From an uncultured Actinomycetota bacterium (GTDB lineage Bacteria; Actinomycetota; Actinomycetes; Prado026), in NCBI GenBank assembly GCA_963849365.1, contig CAWKHA010000004.1:1430227-1494226 (forward strand): DNA of 64,000 nt, given 5' to 3'. A program made the translations under genes and the position numbers. A model generated the notes under the pieces. It saw only the letters and a program-made list of their open reading frames with translations, was not told the DNA's origin and did no database searches. Shown in pieces: positions 52,599-62,140 of this stretch; positions within the stretch are counted from its first letter, which is position 1, and every line of letters begins with the position of its first letter.

Positions 52599-53039
52599 AT
52601 GGCCCTCAAGGTCCACCACCTGCGCCCGGCCCCGGGCGCCAAGACGGCCAAGAACCGCGTCGGTCGCGGCGAGGGCTCCAAGGGCAAGACCGCCGGGCGC
52701 GGCACCAAGGGCACCAAGGCCCGCTACCAGGTGCCCGACCGCTTCGAGGGCGGGCAGATGCCGCTGCACATGCGGCTGCCCAAGCTCAGGGGCTTCACCA
52801 ACCCGTTCCGCGTGGAGTACCAGGTCGTGAACCTGGCCCGCCTGGCCCAGCTGTACCCCGGCGGCGGCGAGGTCACGGTGCTCGACCTGGCGGCCAAGGG
52901 CGCGGTCCGGGCCGGCGAGCCGGTCAAGGTCCTCGGCAACGGCGAGATCTCGGTGGCGCTGCAGGTGAGCGCTCACGGCTTCTCCCGCACGGCCCAGGAG
53001 AAGATCGAGGCTGCCGGCGGATCGGTGACCCGGCTCTAG
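52599..53039 (+). CDS. rplO: 50S ribosomal protein L15
   Basis: Internal ATG 52599. ...[21 protein letters not shown]... Confidence 0.93.
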   Translation: MALKVHHLRPAPGAKTAKNRVGRGEGSKGKTAGRGTKGTKARYQVPDRFEGGQMPLHMRLPKLRGFTNPFRVEYQVVNLARLAQLYPGGGEVTVLDLAAKGAVRAGEPVKVLGNGEISVALQVSAHGFSRTAQEKIEAAGGSVTRL

Positions 53040-53154
53040 GCCAGCCAGACCGCCGCCCCGGCGGCTGTTATCGTCCCTTCGGCTGCCGCGACCAGCGTGC
53101 AGGCCCGTCCGACCACCCGGCACACCAGCCCGAGGTGCCGAGCAGGAGGCCCCA

Positions 53155-54465
53155 GTGCTCCGCGCGTTCGCCCAGGCGTTCCGGACGCCTGACCTGCGCA
53201 AGAAGCTGCTGTTCACGCTGGGCATCATCACGCTGTTCCGGCTGGGCTCGGTGATCCCGACCCCCGGGGTCAGCTACACCGCGATCAAGACCTGTCTGGA
53301 CGAGACGGCCAACAACTCGCTCTACGGGCTGATCAACCTCTTCAGCGGCGGAGCGCTGCTGCAGCTGTCGATCTTCGCGCTCGGGATCATGCCGTACATC
53401 ACCTCGAGCATCATCATCCAGCTGCTCACGGTGGTCATCCCGCGGTTCGAGGCGCTCAAGAAGGAGGGCCAGTCCGGCACGGCGCGGCTGACCCAGTACA
53501 CCCGCTACCTCACCGTCGGCCTCGCGGTGCTGCAGTCCACCGCGCTGATCTCGGTGGCCAAGGACCCCGGCCGCCTCTTCCAGGGCTGCAACCAGGACCT
53601 CATCCCGAACGAGTCGACCTGGGTCATCGCCACGATGGTGCTCACGATGACGGCAGGCACGGCGGTGATCATGTGGCTCGGCGAGCTGGTCACCGACCGC
53701 GGCATCGGCAACGGCATGTCGATCCTGATCTTCACCTCGATCATCGCGCGCTTCCCGGCATCGGTCTGGGCCATCTACCAGAGCAAGGGCTCGTTCACCT
53801 TCGGCGTGGTCCTGGTGCTCGGGCTGGCGCTGGTGGCGCTCGTGGTCTTCATCGAACAGGCCCAGCGCCGGATCCCCGTGCAGTACGCGAAACGGATGGT
53901 CGGCCGCCGGATGTACGGCGGCTCGTCCACGTACATCCCGCTCAAGGTCAACATGGCCGGCGTCATCCCGGTCATCTTCGCGTCGTCGCTGCTGTACATC
54001 CCGACGCTGATGGTCCAGCTGTTCTCGGACCCGAACAACCCGACGGGCTGGGCGTTCTGGGTCGACACCAACTTCGTCAGGAACGGCGGCGCGCACCCGC
54101 TCTACATCCTGTCCTACTTCGGCCTGGTGATGTTCTTCTGCTACTTCTACGTCGCGATCACCTTCAACCCGGAGGAAGTCGCCGACAACATGAAGAAGTA
54201 CGGCGGGTTCATCCCCGGCATCAGGGCGGGCCGGCCGACCGCGGAGTACCTCGACTACGTGCTGTCCCGGCTGACCTTCCCGGGGTCGATCTACCTGGGC
54301 CTCATCGCGGTCCTGCCGATCTTCGCGCTCGCCCTGCTCGGCGCCAGCGGCCAGTTCCCGTTCGGCGGCACCAGCATCCTGATCATGGTCGGGGTCGGCC
54401 TGGACACCGTGAAGCAGATCGAGAGCCAGCTCCAGCAGCGCAACTACGAAGGGTTCCTGCGCTGA
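53155..54465 (+). CDS. secY: Preprotein translocase subunit SecY
   Basis: 436 aa, 10 TM helices. ...LFSGGALLQLSIFALGIMPYITSSIIIQLL... Confidence 0.97.
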   Translation: MLRAFAQAFRTPDLRKKLLFTLGIITLFRLGSVIPTPGVSYTAIKTCLDETANNSLYGLINLFSGGALLQLSIFALGIMPYITSSIIIQLLTVVIPRFEALKKEGQSGTARLTQYTRYLTVGLAVLQSTALISVAKDPGRLFQGCNQDLIPNESTWVIATMVLTMTAGTAVIMWLGELVTDRGIGNGMSILIFTSIIARFPASVWAIYQSKGSFTFGVVLVLGLALVALVVFIEQAQRRIPVQYAKRMVGRRMYGGSSTYIPLKVNMAGVIPVIFASSLLYIPTLMVQLFSDPNNPTGWAFWVDTNFVRNGGAHPLYILSYFGLVMFFCYFYVAITFNPEEVADNMKKYGGFIPGIRAGRPTAEYLDYVLSRLTFPGSIYLGLIAVLPIFALALLGASGQFPFGGTSILIMVGVGLDTVKQIESQLQQRNYEGFLR

Positions 54466-55031
54466 TGCGCCTGGTCCTGCTGGGACCCCCCGGTGCGGGG
54501 AAAGGCACCCAGGCCAGGCAGGTGTCGCAGCGGCTGGGCGTGCCCGCGATCTCCACCGGGGACATCTTCCGGGCGAACGTCTCCGAGGGCACCCCGCTGG
54601 GCATCCAGGCCCAGCGGTACATGGACGCCGGCGAGTACGTCCCGGACTCGGTGACCAACGAGATGGTGCGCGACCGGCTGGCGAAGCCGGACTGCGAGCC
54701 CGGTTTCCTGCTGGACGGCTACCCGCGGACGCCGGCACAGGTCGACGAGCTGGACGGGATGCTGGCCGCCCAGGGCCAGTGCCTGGACGCCGTCATCGAG
54801 CTCGTGGCCGACGTCGAGGAGGTCGTGCGGCGGCTGCTCGGGCGGGCCCAGCTCGAGGGACGGGCCGACGACACCGAGGGCGTGATCCGCCGCCGCATGG
54901 CCGTCTTCGCCGAGCACACCGCCCCGCTGGCCGACGTGTACGACCGCCGTGGCCTGCTGCACCGCGTCGACGGCATGGGTCCGGTGGACGAGGTCACCGA
55001 GCGGGTCCTCACCGTCCTGCCGGTGGGGTGA
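54465..55031 (+). CDS. adk: Adenylate kinase
   Basis: 1-nt TGATG overlap with secY. MRLVLLGPPGAGKGTQA P-loop. Confidence 0.95.
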   Translation: MRLVLLGPPGAGKGTQARQVSQRLGVPAISTGDIFRANVSEGTPLGIQAQRYMDAGEYVPDSVTNEMVRDRLAKPDCEPGFLLDGYPRTPAQVDELDGMLAAQGQCLDAVIELVADVEEVVRRLLGRAQLEGRADDTEGVIRRRMAVFAEHTAPLADVYDRRGLLHRVDGMGPVDEVTERVLTVLPVG

Positions 55032-55915
55032 GCGTGTTCCGCGCGAGGGACCGGATCCAGGTCAAGACTCCCGAGCAGATCGAGCTCATGCGGGTCGCCG
55101 GGCTGGTGGTGGCCGGGGCGCTCGACCTGCTGAGGGCGCGCATCACCCCGGGGGTCACGACCGGGGAGCTGGACGCGCTCGCCGAGACGTACATCCGCGA
55201 CCAGGGCGGGGTCCCCTCGTTCCTGGGCTACCCGTACAGCGGCGACAACGACTTCCCGGCCACGATCTGCGCCAGCGTCAACGACGAGATCGTGCACGGG
55301 ATCCCGGGCGCACGGGTGGTCCAGGACGGCGACCTGGTCTCCATCGACTGCGGCGCCATCGTGGACGGCTGGCACGGGGACGCTGCGTTCACCGTCGCCG
55401 TCGGGACGGTGCCCGCGGAGCACGCCCAGCTGCTGGAGGCCACCGAGGAGGCCCTCTGGCACGGTCTGGCCGCGGCCGGGGTGGGCGCCAGGCTCAGCGA
55501 CATCTCCCACGCCGTCGAGGCGGTCCTGCGCAGCCGCGGCACCTTCGGGATCATCGAGGAGTACGTGGGCCACGGCATCGGGACCGAGATGCACATGGAC
55601 CCCCAGGTGCCCAACTTCGGGCCGCCCGGGCGCGGTCCCCGGCTGCAGGCCGGGATGGCGCTGGCGGTCGAGCCGATGGCCACCCTCGGGAAGCGGTACA
55701 CCCGTGTGCTGGACGACGACTGGACCGTCGTGACGGCGGACGGCAGCCGGGCCGCCCACTTCGAGCACACCGTGGCGATCACCCCGGACGGGCCCTGGGT
55801 CCTGACTGCGCCGGACGGGGGCGCCGCGCGCCTGGCCGGGCTCGGCGTCGCCTCCCCGGCGGCCGCTCGGGCCAGGGTCGCGCCGGGTTTCCCAGCACCC
55901 CCTGCGGTGCCGTAA
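55028..55915 (+). CDS. map: Type I methionine aminopeptidase
   Basis: GTGA overlap with adk. ...VHGIPGARVVQDGDLVSIDCGAIVDGWHGD... metal ligands. Confidence 0.92.
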   Translation: MSVFRARDRIQVKTPEQIELMRVAGLVVAGALDLLRARITPGVTTGELDALAETYIRDQGGVPSFLGYPYSGDNDFPATICASVNDEIVHGIPGARVVQDGDLVSIDCGAIVDGWHGDAAFTVAVGTVPAEHAQLLEATEEALWHGLAAAGVGARLSDISHAVEAVLRSRGTFGIIEEYVGHGIGTEMHMDPQVPNFGPPGRGPRLQAGMALAVEPMATLGKRYTRVLDDDWTVVTADGSRAAHFEHTVAITPDGPWVLTAPDGGAARLAGLGVASPAAARARVAPGFPAPPAVP

Positions 55916-56113
55916 CATAGCGGCTCGGCCCGCTTGCGGTCCGTTCTCGCGCGCCCACGGCTGGGGAGGCATCCTCCCGGCGCTCGGACCGGTCACGCAG
56001 GCACCCCAGGGCCTGAACCACACCGATCGAAGCACCACGGCACCGCGACGGCGAGCCTGCGCCCGCCGGATCGGGGCCGGTCAGATCTGCACCGACGAGA
56101 GACAGCGGAGTTC

Positions 56114-56335
56114 ATGGCGAAGAAGGACGGCGTCCTCGAGCTCGAGGGCACGGTGGTCGAGTCGCTTCCGAACGCCATGTTCCGGGTCGAGCTGGAGAAC
56201 GGTCACAAGGTCCTGGCGCACATCAGCGGAAAGATGCGCCAGCACTACATCCGCATCCTCCCCGAGGACCGGGTGGTGGTCGAGCTCTCGCCGTACGACC
56301 TGAGCCGTGGCCGCATCGTCTACCGCTACAAGTAG
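56114..56335 (+). CDS. infA: Translation initiation factor IF-1
   Basis: [42 protein letters not shown]... Confidence 0.96.
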   Translation: MAKKDGVLELEGTVVESLPNAMFRVELENGHKVLAHISGKMRQHYIRILPEDRVVVELSPYDLSRGRIVYRYK

Positions 56336-56404
56336 CACCACCGGCAGCACCAGCAACACGCACACCCTTCGACTGAAGCAGTCCGACGACGTTCCGGAGA
56401 GATC

Positions 56405-56518
56405 ATGAAGGTCAAGCCGAGCGTCAAGCCCATGTGCGACAAGTGCAAGGTGATCCGCCGTCACGGGCGGGTCATGGTGATCTGCGAGAACCTGCGCCAC
56501 AAGCAGCGCCAGGGCTGA
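56405..56518 (+). CDS. rpmJ: 50S ribosomal protein L36
   Basis: Too short for the ORF track. [37 protein letters not shown]. Confidence 0.9.
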   Translation: MKVKPSVKPMCDKCKVIRRHGRVMVICENLRHKQRQG

Positions 56519-56705
56519 CCACCGGACCGAGCGCTCGTCGCCCGGCTCGACGCACGACCAGCAGCACCAGCAGCACCAGCAAGGCGCACCCCGACCCGTC
56601 CGGTCCGTCCGGGCGGGAGACCCCCGGCACGGAGGCCGGGGCCCTTCCGTCGGGCGGAGGGGAGGGGCCGCGCGAGAACCTCCGCGAACGGAAGGACCAG
56701 CCCGG

Positions 56706-57086
56706 ATGGCACGCCTCGTCGGCGTCGACCTCCCCCGCGACAAGCGGGTCGAGGTGGCGCTCACCTACATCTTCGGCATCGGCCGGACCCGAGCCCAGGA
56801 GACCCTGGCGCAGACCGGGGTGAACCCCGACATGCGGGTCAAGGACCTCGGCGACGAGGAGCTGGTCAAGCTCCGCGACTGGATCGAGGCCACGTACAAG
56901 GTCGAGGGCGACCTGCGCCGCGAGGTCGCCGCGGACATCCGCCGCAAGGTGGAGATCGGCTGCTACCAGGGGCTGCGGCACCGTCGCGGCCTGCCGGTGC
57001 GCGGTCAGCGCACCCACACCAACGCACGGACCCGCAAGGGCCCGCGTCGCGCGATCGCCGGCAAGAAGAAGGTCGGCAAGAAGTAG
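56706..57086 (+). CDS. rpsM: 30S ribosomal protein S13
   Basis: [26 protein letters not shown]... Confidence 0.96.
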   Translation: MARLVGVDLPRDKRVEVALTYIFGIGRTRAQETLAQTGVNPDMRVKDLGDEELVKLRDWIEATYKVEGDLRREVAADIRRKVEIGCYQGLRHRRGLPVRGQRTHTNARTRKGPRRAIAGKKKVGKK

Positions 57087-57157
57087 TCCGTCCCCATCGC
57101 CTCGCAGGTCCCGACGACCGGACGGACCGACCACCTCCCCCAGGAGCCTTCCCGCTT

Positions 57158-57565
57158 ATGCCTCCCAAGAGCCGCACTGCCCCGGCCGCCAAGAAGGTGC
57201 GCCGCAAGGAACGCAAGAACGTGGCCCACGGCCATGCCCACATCAAGAGCACGTTCAACAACACCATCGTCTCGATCACCGACCCGTCCGGTGCGGTGAT
57301 CGCGTGGGCCTCGGCCGGCCAGGTCGGTTTCAAGGGCTCGCGCAAGTCGACCCCCTTCGCCGCGCAGATGGCCGCCGAGGCGGCCGCCCGCCGGGCGATG
57401 GAGCACGGCATGCGCAAGGTCGACGTGTTCGTCAAGGGTCCCGGCTCCGGCCGCGAGACCGCCATCCGCTCTCTGCAGGCCACCGGCCTGGAGGTCGGGT
57501 CGATCCAGGACGTGACGCCGGTCCCGCACAACGGGTGCCGCCCGCCCAAGCGCCGGCGCGTCTGA
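57158..57565 (+). CDS. rpsK: 30S ribosomal protein S11
   Basis: S11 family, 135 aa. Confidence 0.95.
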   Translation: MPPKSRTAPAAKKVRRKERKNVAHGHAHIKSTFNNTIVSITDPSGAVIAWASAGQVGFKGSRKSTPFAAQMAAEAAARRAMEHGMRKVDVFVKGPGSGRETAIRSLQATGLEVGSIQDVTPVPHNGCRPPKRRRV

Positions 57566-57599
57566 GGCCGAGAGAGCGGAAGAGGAGAGAAGAAGACTG

Positions 57600-58226
57600 A
57601 TGGCCCGATACACAGGCGCCGACTGCAAGCGCTGCCGCCGCGAGAAGATGAAGCTGTTCCTCAAGGGCGCCAAGTGCGAGTCGCCGAAGTGCCCGATCGA
57701 GATCCGCCCGTACCCCCCGGGCGAGCACGGTCGCGGCCGGACGAAGGACAGCGAGTACCTCCTGCAGAAGCGCGAGAAGCAGAAGTGCGCGCGCATCTAC
57801 GGCGTGCTCGAGAAGCAGTTCCGCGGCTACTACGAGGAGGCCGTGCGCCGGCCCGGCAAGACCGGCGAGAACCTGCTGGTGATCCTCGAGAGCCGGCTGG
57901 ACAACGTGGTGTTCCGCGCCGGTCTGGCCAAGTCGCGCGACATGGCCCGGCAGTTCGTCCGCCACGGCCACATCACCGTCAACGGCCACAAGGTCGACAT
58001 CCCGTCGTACCGCGTGAGCGCGTCGGACATCGTCGAGGTGCGCGGCTCGTCGCGGGACCTGACCCCGTTCGTGATCGCGCGCGCCGAGGCCGGGGAGCGG
58101 ATCGTCCCGGCCTGGCTCGAGGTCATCCCGAACCGCATGCGCGTGCTCGTCCACAACCTCCCGGCCCGGCAGATCATCGACACGCCGGTCCAGGAACAGC
58201 TGATCGTCGAGCTCTACTCCAAGTAA
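57600..58226 (+). CDS. rpsD: 30S ribosomal protein S4
   Basis: MARYTGADCKRCRREKMKLFLKGAKC... Confidence 0.96.
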   Translation: MARYTGADCKRCRREKMKLFLKGAKCESPKCPIEIRPYPPGEHGRGRTKDSEYLLQKREKQKCARIYGVLEKQFRGYYEEAVRRPGKTGENLLVILESRLDNVVFRAGLAKSRDMARQFVRHGHITVNGHKVDIPSYRVSASDIVEVRGSSRDLTPFVIARAEAGERIVPAWLEVIPNRMRVLVHNLPARQIIDTPVQEQLIVELYSK

Positions 58227-58318
58227 GACCCGGTACGGCCGGCCCGCACGGGTCGGCCGGGACCGGTCCGTGTCCAGTCGGCGTCAAATAGCGGGCGCCC
58301 GACCCAGGAGGAAACACC

Positions 58319-59335
58319 TTGCTCATCGCCCAGCGTCCTACCCTGGCCGAAGAGGTCGTCGACGAGTTCCGCTCGCGGTTCGTCGTCGAGCCGCTCGAGC
58401 CCGGCTTCGGCTACACCCTCGGCAACTCCCTGCGGCGCACCCTGCTGTCCTCGATCCCGGGCGCCGCTGTCACGTCCATCCGGGTGGACGGGGTCCTGCA
58501 CGAGTTCACCACCGTGCCGGGCGTCAAGGAGGACGTCACCGACCTCATCCTGAACATCAAGCAGCTGGTCGTCAGCTCCGAGCACGACGAGCCGGTCGTG
58601 ATGTACCTGCGCAAGCAGGGTCCCGGCGTCGTCACCGCCGCCGACATCGCGCCTCCGGCCGGTGTCGAGGTGCACAACCCCGAGCTGCACCTGGCCACGC
58701 TCAACGGCAAGGGCAAGCTGGAGATCGAGCTGACCGTGGAGCGCGGTCGCGGCTACGTCTCGGCCGCCCAGAACAAGCAGGTCGGCCAGGAGATCGGCCG
58801 CATCCCGGTCGACTCCATCTACTCGCCGGTCCTGCGGGTCACATACAAGGTCGAGGCCACCCGCGTCGAGCAGCGCACCGACTTCGACCGGCTGATCGTC
58901 GACGTCGAGAGCAAGCCGTCCATGCGTCCGCGCGACGCGGTGGCCAGCGCCGGCAAGACCCTGGTCGAGCTGTTCGGACTGTTCCGCGAGCTCAACGTGG
59001 ACGCCGAGGGCATCGACATGGGCCCGTCGCCCACCGACGCGGCGCTCGCGGCCGACCTGGCCCTGCCGATCGAGGACCTCGAGCTGACGGTCCGTTCGTA
59101 CAACTGCCTCAAGCGCGAGGGCATCCACAGCGTCGGCGAGCTGGTCTCGCGCAGCGAGGCCGACCTGCTGGACATCCGCAACTTCGGTGCGAAGTCGATC
59201 GACGAGGTGAAGGCGAAGCTGGCCACCATGGGCCTGGCCCTCAAGGACAGCCCGCCCGGGTTCGACCCGCAGCTCGCGGTCGACAACTACGACGACGACG
59301 ACTACCAGGGGTACGCCGAGGACGAGCAGCTCTGA
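58319..59335 (+). CDS. rpoA: DNA-directed RNA polymerase alpha subunit
   Basis: TTG start. ...[30 protein letters not shown]... Confidence 0.96.
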   Translation: MLIAQRPTLAEEVVDEFRSRFVVEPLEPGFGYTLGNSLRRTLLSSIPGAAVTSIRVDGVLHEFTTVPGVKEDVTDLILNIKQLVVSSEHDEPVVMYLRKQGPGVVTAADIAPPAGVEVHNPELHLATLNGKGKLEIELTVERGRGYVSAAQNKQVGQEIGRIPVDSIYSPVLRVTYKVEATRVEQRTDFDRLIVDVESKPSMRPRDAVASAGKTLVELFGLFRELNVDAEGIDMGPSPTDAALAADLALPIEDLELTVRSYNCLKREGIHSVGELVSRSEADLLDIRNFGAKSIDEVKAKLATMGLALKDSPPGFDPQLAVDNYDDDDYQGYAEDEQL

Positions 59336-59395
59336 CGCTGGTCCGACCCGCCCGTACCCACTGAGCCAGACCCACACAGACCAGGAGAGCGAACC

Positions 59396-60085
59396 ATGCC
59401 CACGCCCACCAAGGGCCCGCGTCTGGGTGGCGGTCCGGCGCACGAGCGGTTGATCCTGGCCAACCTGGCCACGGCGCTGTTCGAGCACGGCCGCATCACC
59501 ACGACCGAGGCCAAGGCCAAGCGGCTGCGTCCGCTCGCCGAGCGGCTCATCACCAAGGCCAAGCGCGGTGACCTGCACGCGCGGCGGCAGGTCCTCGCCG
59601 TCATCCACGACAAGGGTGTCGTGCACGAGCTGTTCACCGAGATCGGTCCGAGGTACGCCGAGCGTCCAGGTGGCTACACGCGGATCACCAAGGTGGGGCC
59701 GCGCAAGGGCGACAACGCGCCGATGGCGGTCATCGAGCTGGTCGAGGCGCTGACGGTCCAGCAGTCCGCGGTCCGCGAGGCCGAGGCTGCGACGAAGCGG
59801 ACGGCGAAGAAGGCACCCGCCCAGAAGTCGACGACCGCGGCCGCCCCGGCGGCGGACGTCGAGGCCGAGGACGTCGAGGCCGAGGACGTCGAGGCCGAGG
59901 ACGCGGTCGAGGCCGACGTGGCAGCGGCCGGCACGGCAGAGCTCGAGGACTCCGAGGTGGACGTGACGTCCGAGCAGGTCGAGGACGCCGCCGAGGAGGA
60001 GCCGGTCGAAGGCGGCGACACCGAGGCCGAGGACACCGAGGGCGAGGACGCCGGCGCCGGCGGCAAGGCCGACGACGCCGGCTGA
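59396..60085 (+). CDS. rplQ: 50S ribosomal protein L17 with a ~100-aa repetitive acidic C-terminal extension
   Basis: L17 core plus a tail containing DVEAE x3. Confidence 0.93.
   Translation: MPTPTKGPRLGGGPAHERLILANLATALFEHGRITTTEAKAKRLRPLAERLITKAKRGDLHARRQVLAVIHDKGVVHELFTEIGPRYAERPGGYTRITKVGPRKGDNAPMAVIELVEALTVQQSAVREAEAATKRTAKKAPAQKSTTAAAPAADVEAEDVEAEDVEAEDAVEADVAAAGTAELEDSEVDVTSEQVEDAAEEEPVEGGDTEAEDTEGEDAGAGGKADDAG
59855..59917 (+). repeat. In-frame 15-nt tandem repeat (gacgtcgaggccgag) x3 plus a variant 4th copy in the rplQ tail
   Basis: Read from the sequence. Confidence 0.85.
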
Positions 60086-60089
60086 CCTC

Positions 60090-60950
60090 GTGACTGCAGA
60101 ACGGACGAGCGACGAGCCCGCCTCCCCGCAGGGGGAAGGCGGGCTCGTCCGCGTCCGGCTGGACCTCGCCTACGACGGGTCGGACTTCGCCGGCTGGGCC
60201 ACCCAGCCGGGCCTGCGCACAGTGCAGCAGACCGTCGAGGACGCGCTCACGCTCGTGCTGCGGCTGGCGGTACCGGCCCGGCTGACAGTGGCCGGGCGCA
60301 CCGACGCCGGCGTGCATGCCCGTGGGCAGGTCGCCCACTTCGACGTCCCGGTGGCGTCCTGGGCGGCGGTGGCCGACCCCGTCCGGGCCCTGGCCGGCCT
60401 GCTCCCCCAGGACGTACGGCTGCGCGCCGCCGCGCCGGCTCCGGCCGGCTTCGACGCCCGCTTCTCGGCCCTGTCCCGCCGGTACGCGTACCGGATCTGC
60501 GACGACCCGGCGGGACCGGACCCGCTGCGCCGGCACGAGGTGCTCTGGCACCGGCGGGGCCGGCTGGACACCGGCCGGCTCGGCGAGGCCTCGGCGGCGC
60601 TGGCCGGCCTGCACGACTTCGCGGCCTTCTGCCGCTCGCGGGACAGCGGGACCACCATCCGGACGCTGCTCGCGCTCTCGTGGTCCCGGGAGCCCGACGG
60701 GGTGGTGGTGGCGACCGTCGAGGCGGACGCGTTCTGCCACTCGATGGTGCGCTCGCTCGTCGGGGCGCTGGTCCCGGTGGGGGAGGGGCGGCGTCCGGTG
60801 TCCTGGCCCGCCGAGCTGCTGGCCGGGGCGGCGCGCGATCCGTCCGTCCACGTGGTCGGCCCGCACGGGCTCACCCTCGAGGAGATCCGCTACCCGGCGG
60901 ACGACGAGCTGGCGACGCGGGCCGACGCCACCCGCCGACCACGTCGCTAG
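60090..60950 (+). CDS. truA: tRNA pseudouridine(38-40) synthase TruA
   Basis: ...LAYDGSDFAGWATQPG...RTDAGVHARGQVAHFD... catalytic Asp motif. Confidence 0.9.
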   Translation: MTAERTSDEPASPQGEGGLVRVRLDLAYDGSDFAGWATQPGLRTVQQTVEDALTLVLRLAVPARLTVAGRTDAGVHARGQVAHFDVPVASWAAVADPVRALAGLLPQDVRLRAAAPAPAGFDARFSALSRRYAYRICDDPAGPDPLRRHEVLWHRRGRLDTGRLGEASAALAGLHDFAAFCRSRDSGTTIRTLLALSWSREPDGVVVATVEADAFCHSMVRSLVGALVPVGEGRRPVSWPAELLAGAARDPSVHVVGPHGLTLEEIRYPADDELATRADATRRPRR

Positions 60951-60965
60951 CGCCGCCGTCCCGGA

Positions 60966-61014
60966 AACCTACGGGCAGGTAAGGTCGAAATCTGGTCTTA
61001 CCTGCCCGTAGGTT
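60966..61014 (+). terminator. Perfect 18-bp stem / 13-nt loop hairpin (aacctacgggcaggtaag...cttacctgcccgtaggtt), lower GC than its surroundings. Lies between truA and arcC, ends 6 nt before the arcC ATG and buries the only purine-rich SD-like element (AGGT)
   Basis: Inverted repeat read directly from the sequence. Function (truA terminator versus arcC translational control) not resolved. Confidence 0.5.
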
Positions 61015-61020
61015 CGAGTC

Positions 61021-61953
61021 ATGCGGGTCGTGGTGGCACTCGGTGGCAACGCCCTGCAGCGTCGTGGCGAGCCGATGACCGTCGAGAGCCAGCGTGCCAA
61101 CGTGCGTACGGCGTGCGAGGCCCTCGCCCCGGTCGCGCTCGAGCACGAGCTCGTCATCAGCCACGGCAACGGCCCGCAGGTCGGGCTGCTCGCCCTGCAG
61201 GCGGCGGCGTACGGCGACCTCGAGTCCTACCCGTTCGACGTCCTCGGAGCCCAGACCGAGGGGATGATCGGCTACCTCATCGAGCAGGAGCTGGGCAACC
61301 TGCTCCCGTTCGAGAAGCCGCTCGCGACCGTCCTGACGATGACCGAGGTCGACCCGGAAGACCCCGCGTTCGCGGACCCGTCCAAGTTCGTCGGCCCCGC
61401 GTACGACGAGGCGGAGGCGCGCGAGAAGGCCGCCGCCAAGGGCTGGGTGGTCAAGCCGGACGGAGCGGTGTGGCGGCGCGTGGTGCCCTCGCCGATCCCC
61501 CGGCGCATCTTCGAGATCCGTCCGGTGCGCTGGCTGCTGGACCAGGGGACCGTGGTCGTCTGCACCGGTGGCGGCGGCATCCCGACGATGTACGAGCCCG
61601 GCACGCGCCATCTCGTCGGTGTCGAGGCCGTCATCGACAAGGACCGGTCCAGCGCCGTGCTGGCGCACGACGTCGGCGCGGACCGGCTGGTCATCGTGAC
61701 GGACGCGCCTGGCGTGTGCATGGACTGGGGGACACCGTACGAGCGGATCATCCGCTTCGCGCACCCGGACGCGCTGTCCGAGCTGCCGTTCCCGGCCGGG
61801 TCGATGGGCCCCAAGGTCGAGGCGGCGTGCATGTTCGCCCGCGAGTCCGGCCAGATCGCCGCCATAGGCGCGCTCGGCGACCTGACGGCGCTGCTGGCCG
61901 GCACTGCTGGTACGCACGTGTCCACCGGTTACGAGGGGATCGAGTACGCCTGA
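61021..61953 (+). CDS. arcC: Carbamate kinase
   Basis: [18 protein letters not shown]...[11 protein letters not shown]... amino-acid kinase family with carbamate kinase signature. No arcA/arcB nearby. Confidence 0.85.
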   Translation: MRVVVALGGNALQRRGEPMTVESQRANVRTACEALAPVALEHELVISHGNGPQVGLLALQAAAYGDLESYPFDVLGAQTEGMIGYLIEQELGNLLPFEKPLATVLTMTEVDPEDPAFADPSKFVGPAYDEAEAREKAAAKGWVVKPDGAVWRRVVPSPIPRRIFEIRPVRWLLDQGTVVVCTGGGGIPTMYEPGTRHLVGVEAVIDKDRSSAVLAHDVGADRLVIVTDAPGVCMDWGTPYERIIRFAHPDALSELPFPAGSMGPKVEAACMFARESGQIAAIGALGDLTALLAGTAGTHVSTGYEGIEYA

Positions 61954-62082
61954 GCGCGACGCCGACAGCCGCGACGTCCGAGGCGGCGCCGGCGGTCGCC
62001 GTGGCGGACTCGGCGATACCGGACACGGCGAGCGCGACGCCGTTCACGCTTTCCGCAGATGGTGTACGCAACCCCTCGCACC

Positions 62083-62116
62083 GCCCGCCGCGGGCAAACC
62101 GTTTGGGGCGGCGGGC
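62083..62116 (+). terminator. GC-rich hairpin (gcccgccgc-[16-nt loop]-gcggcgggc), 25 nt upstream of the ABC-F start
   Basis: 9-bp inverted repeat read from the sequence. Candidate arcC terminator. Confidence 0.35.
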
Positions 62117-62140
62117 CCGGGGCGGCCACACTGTCGGCCC

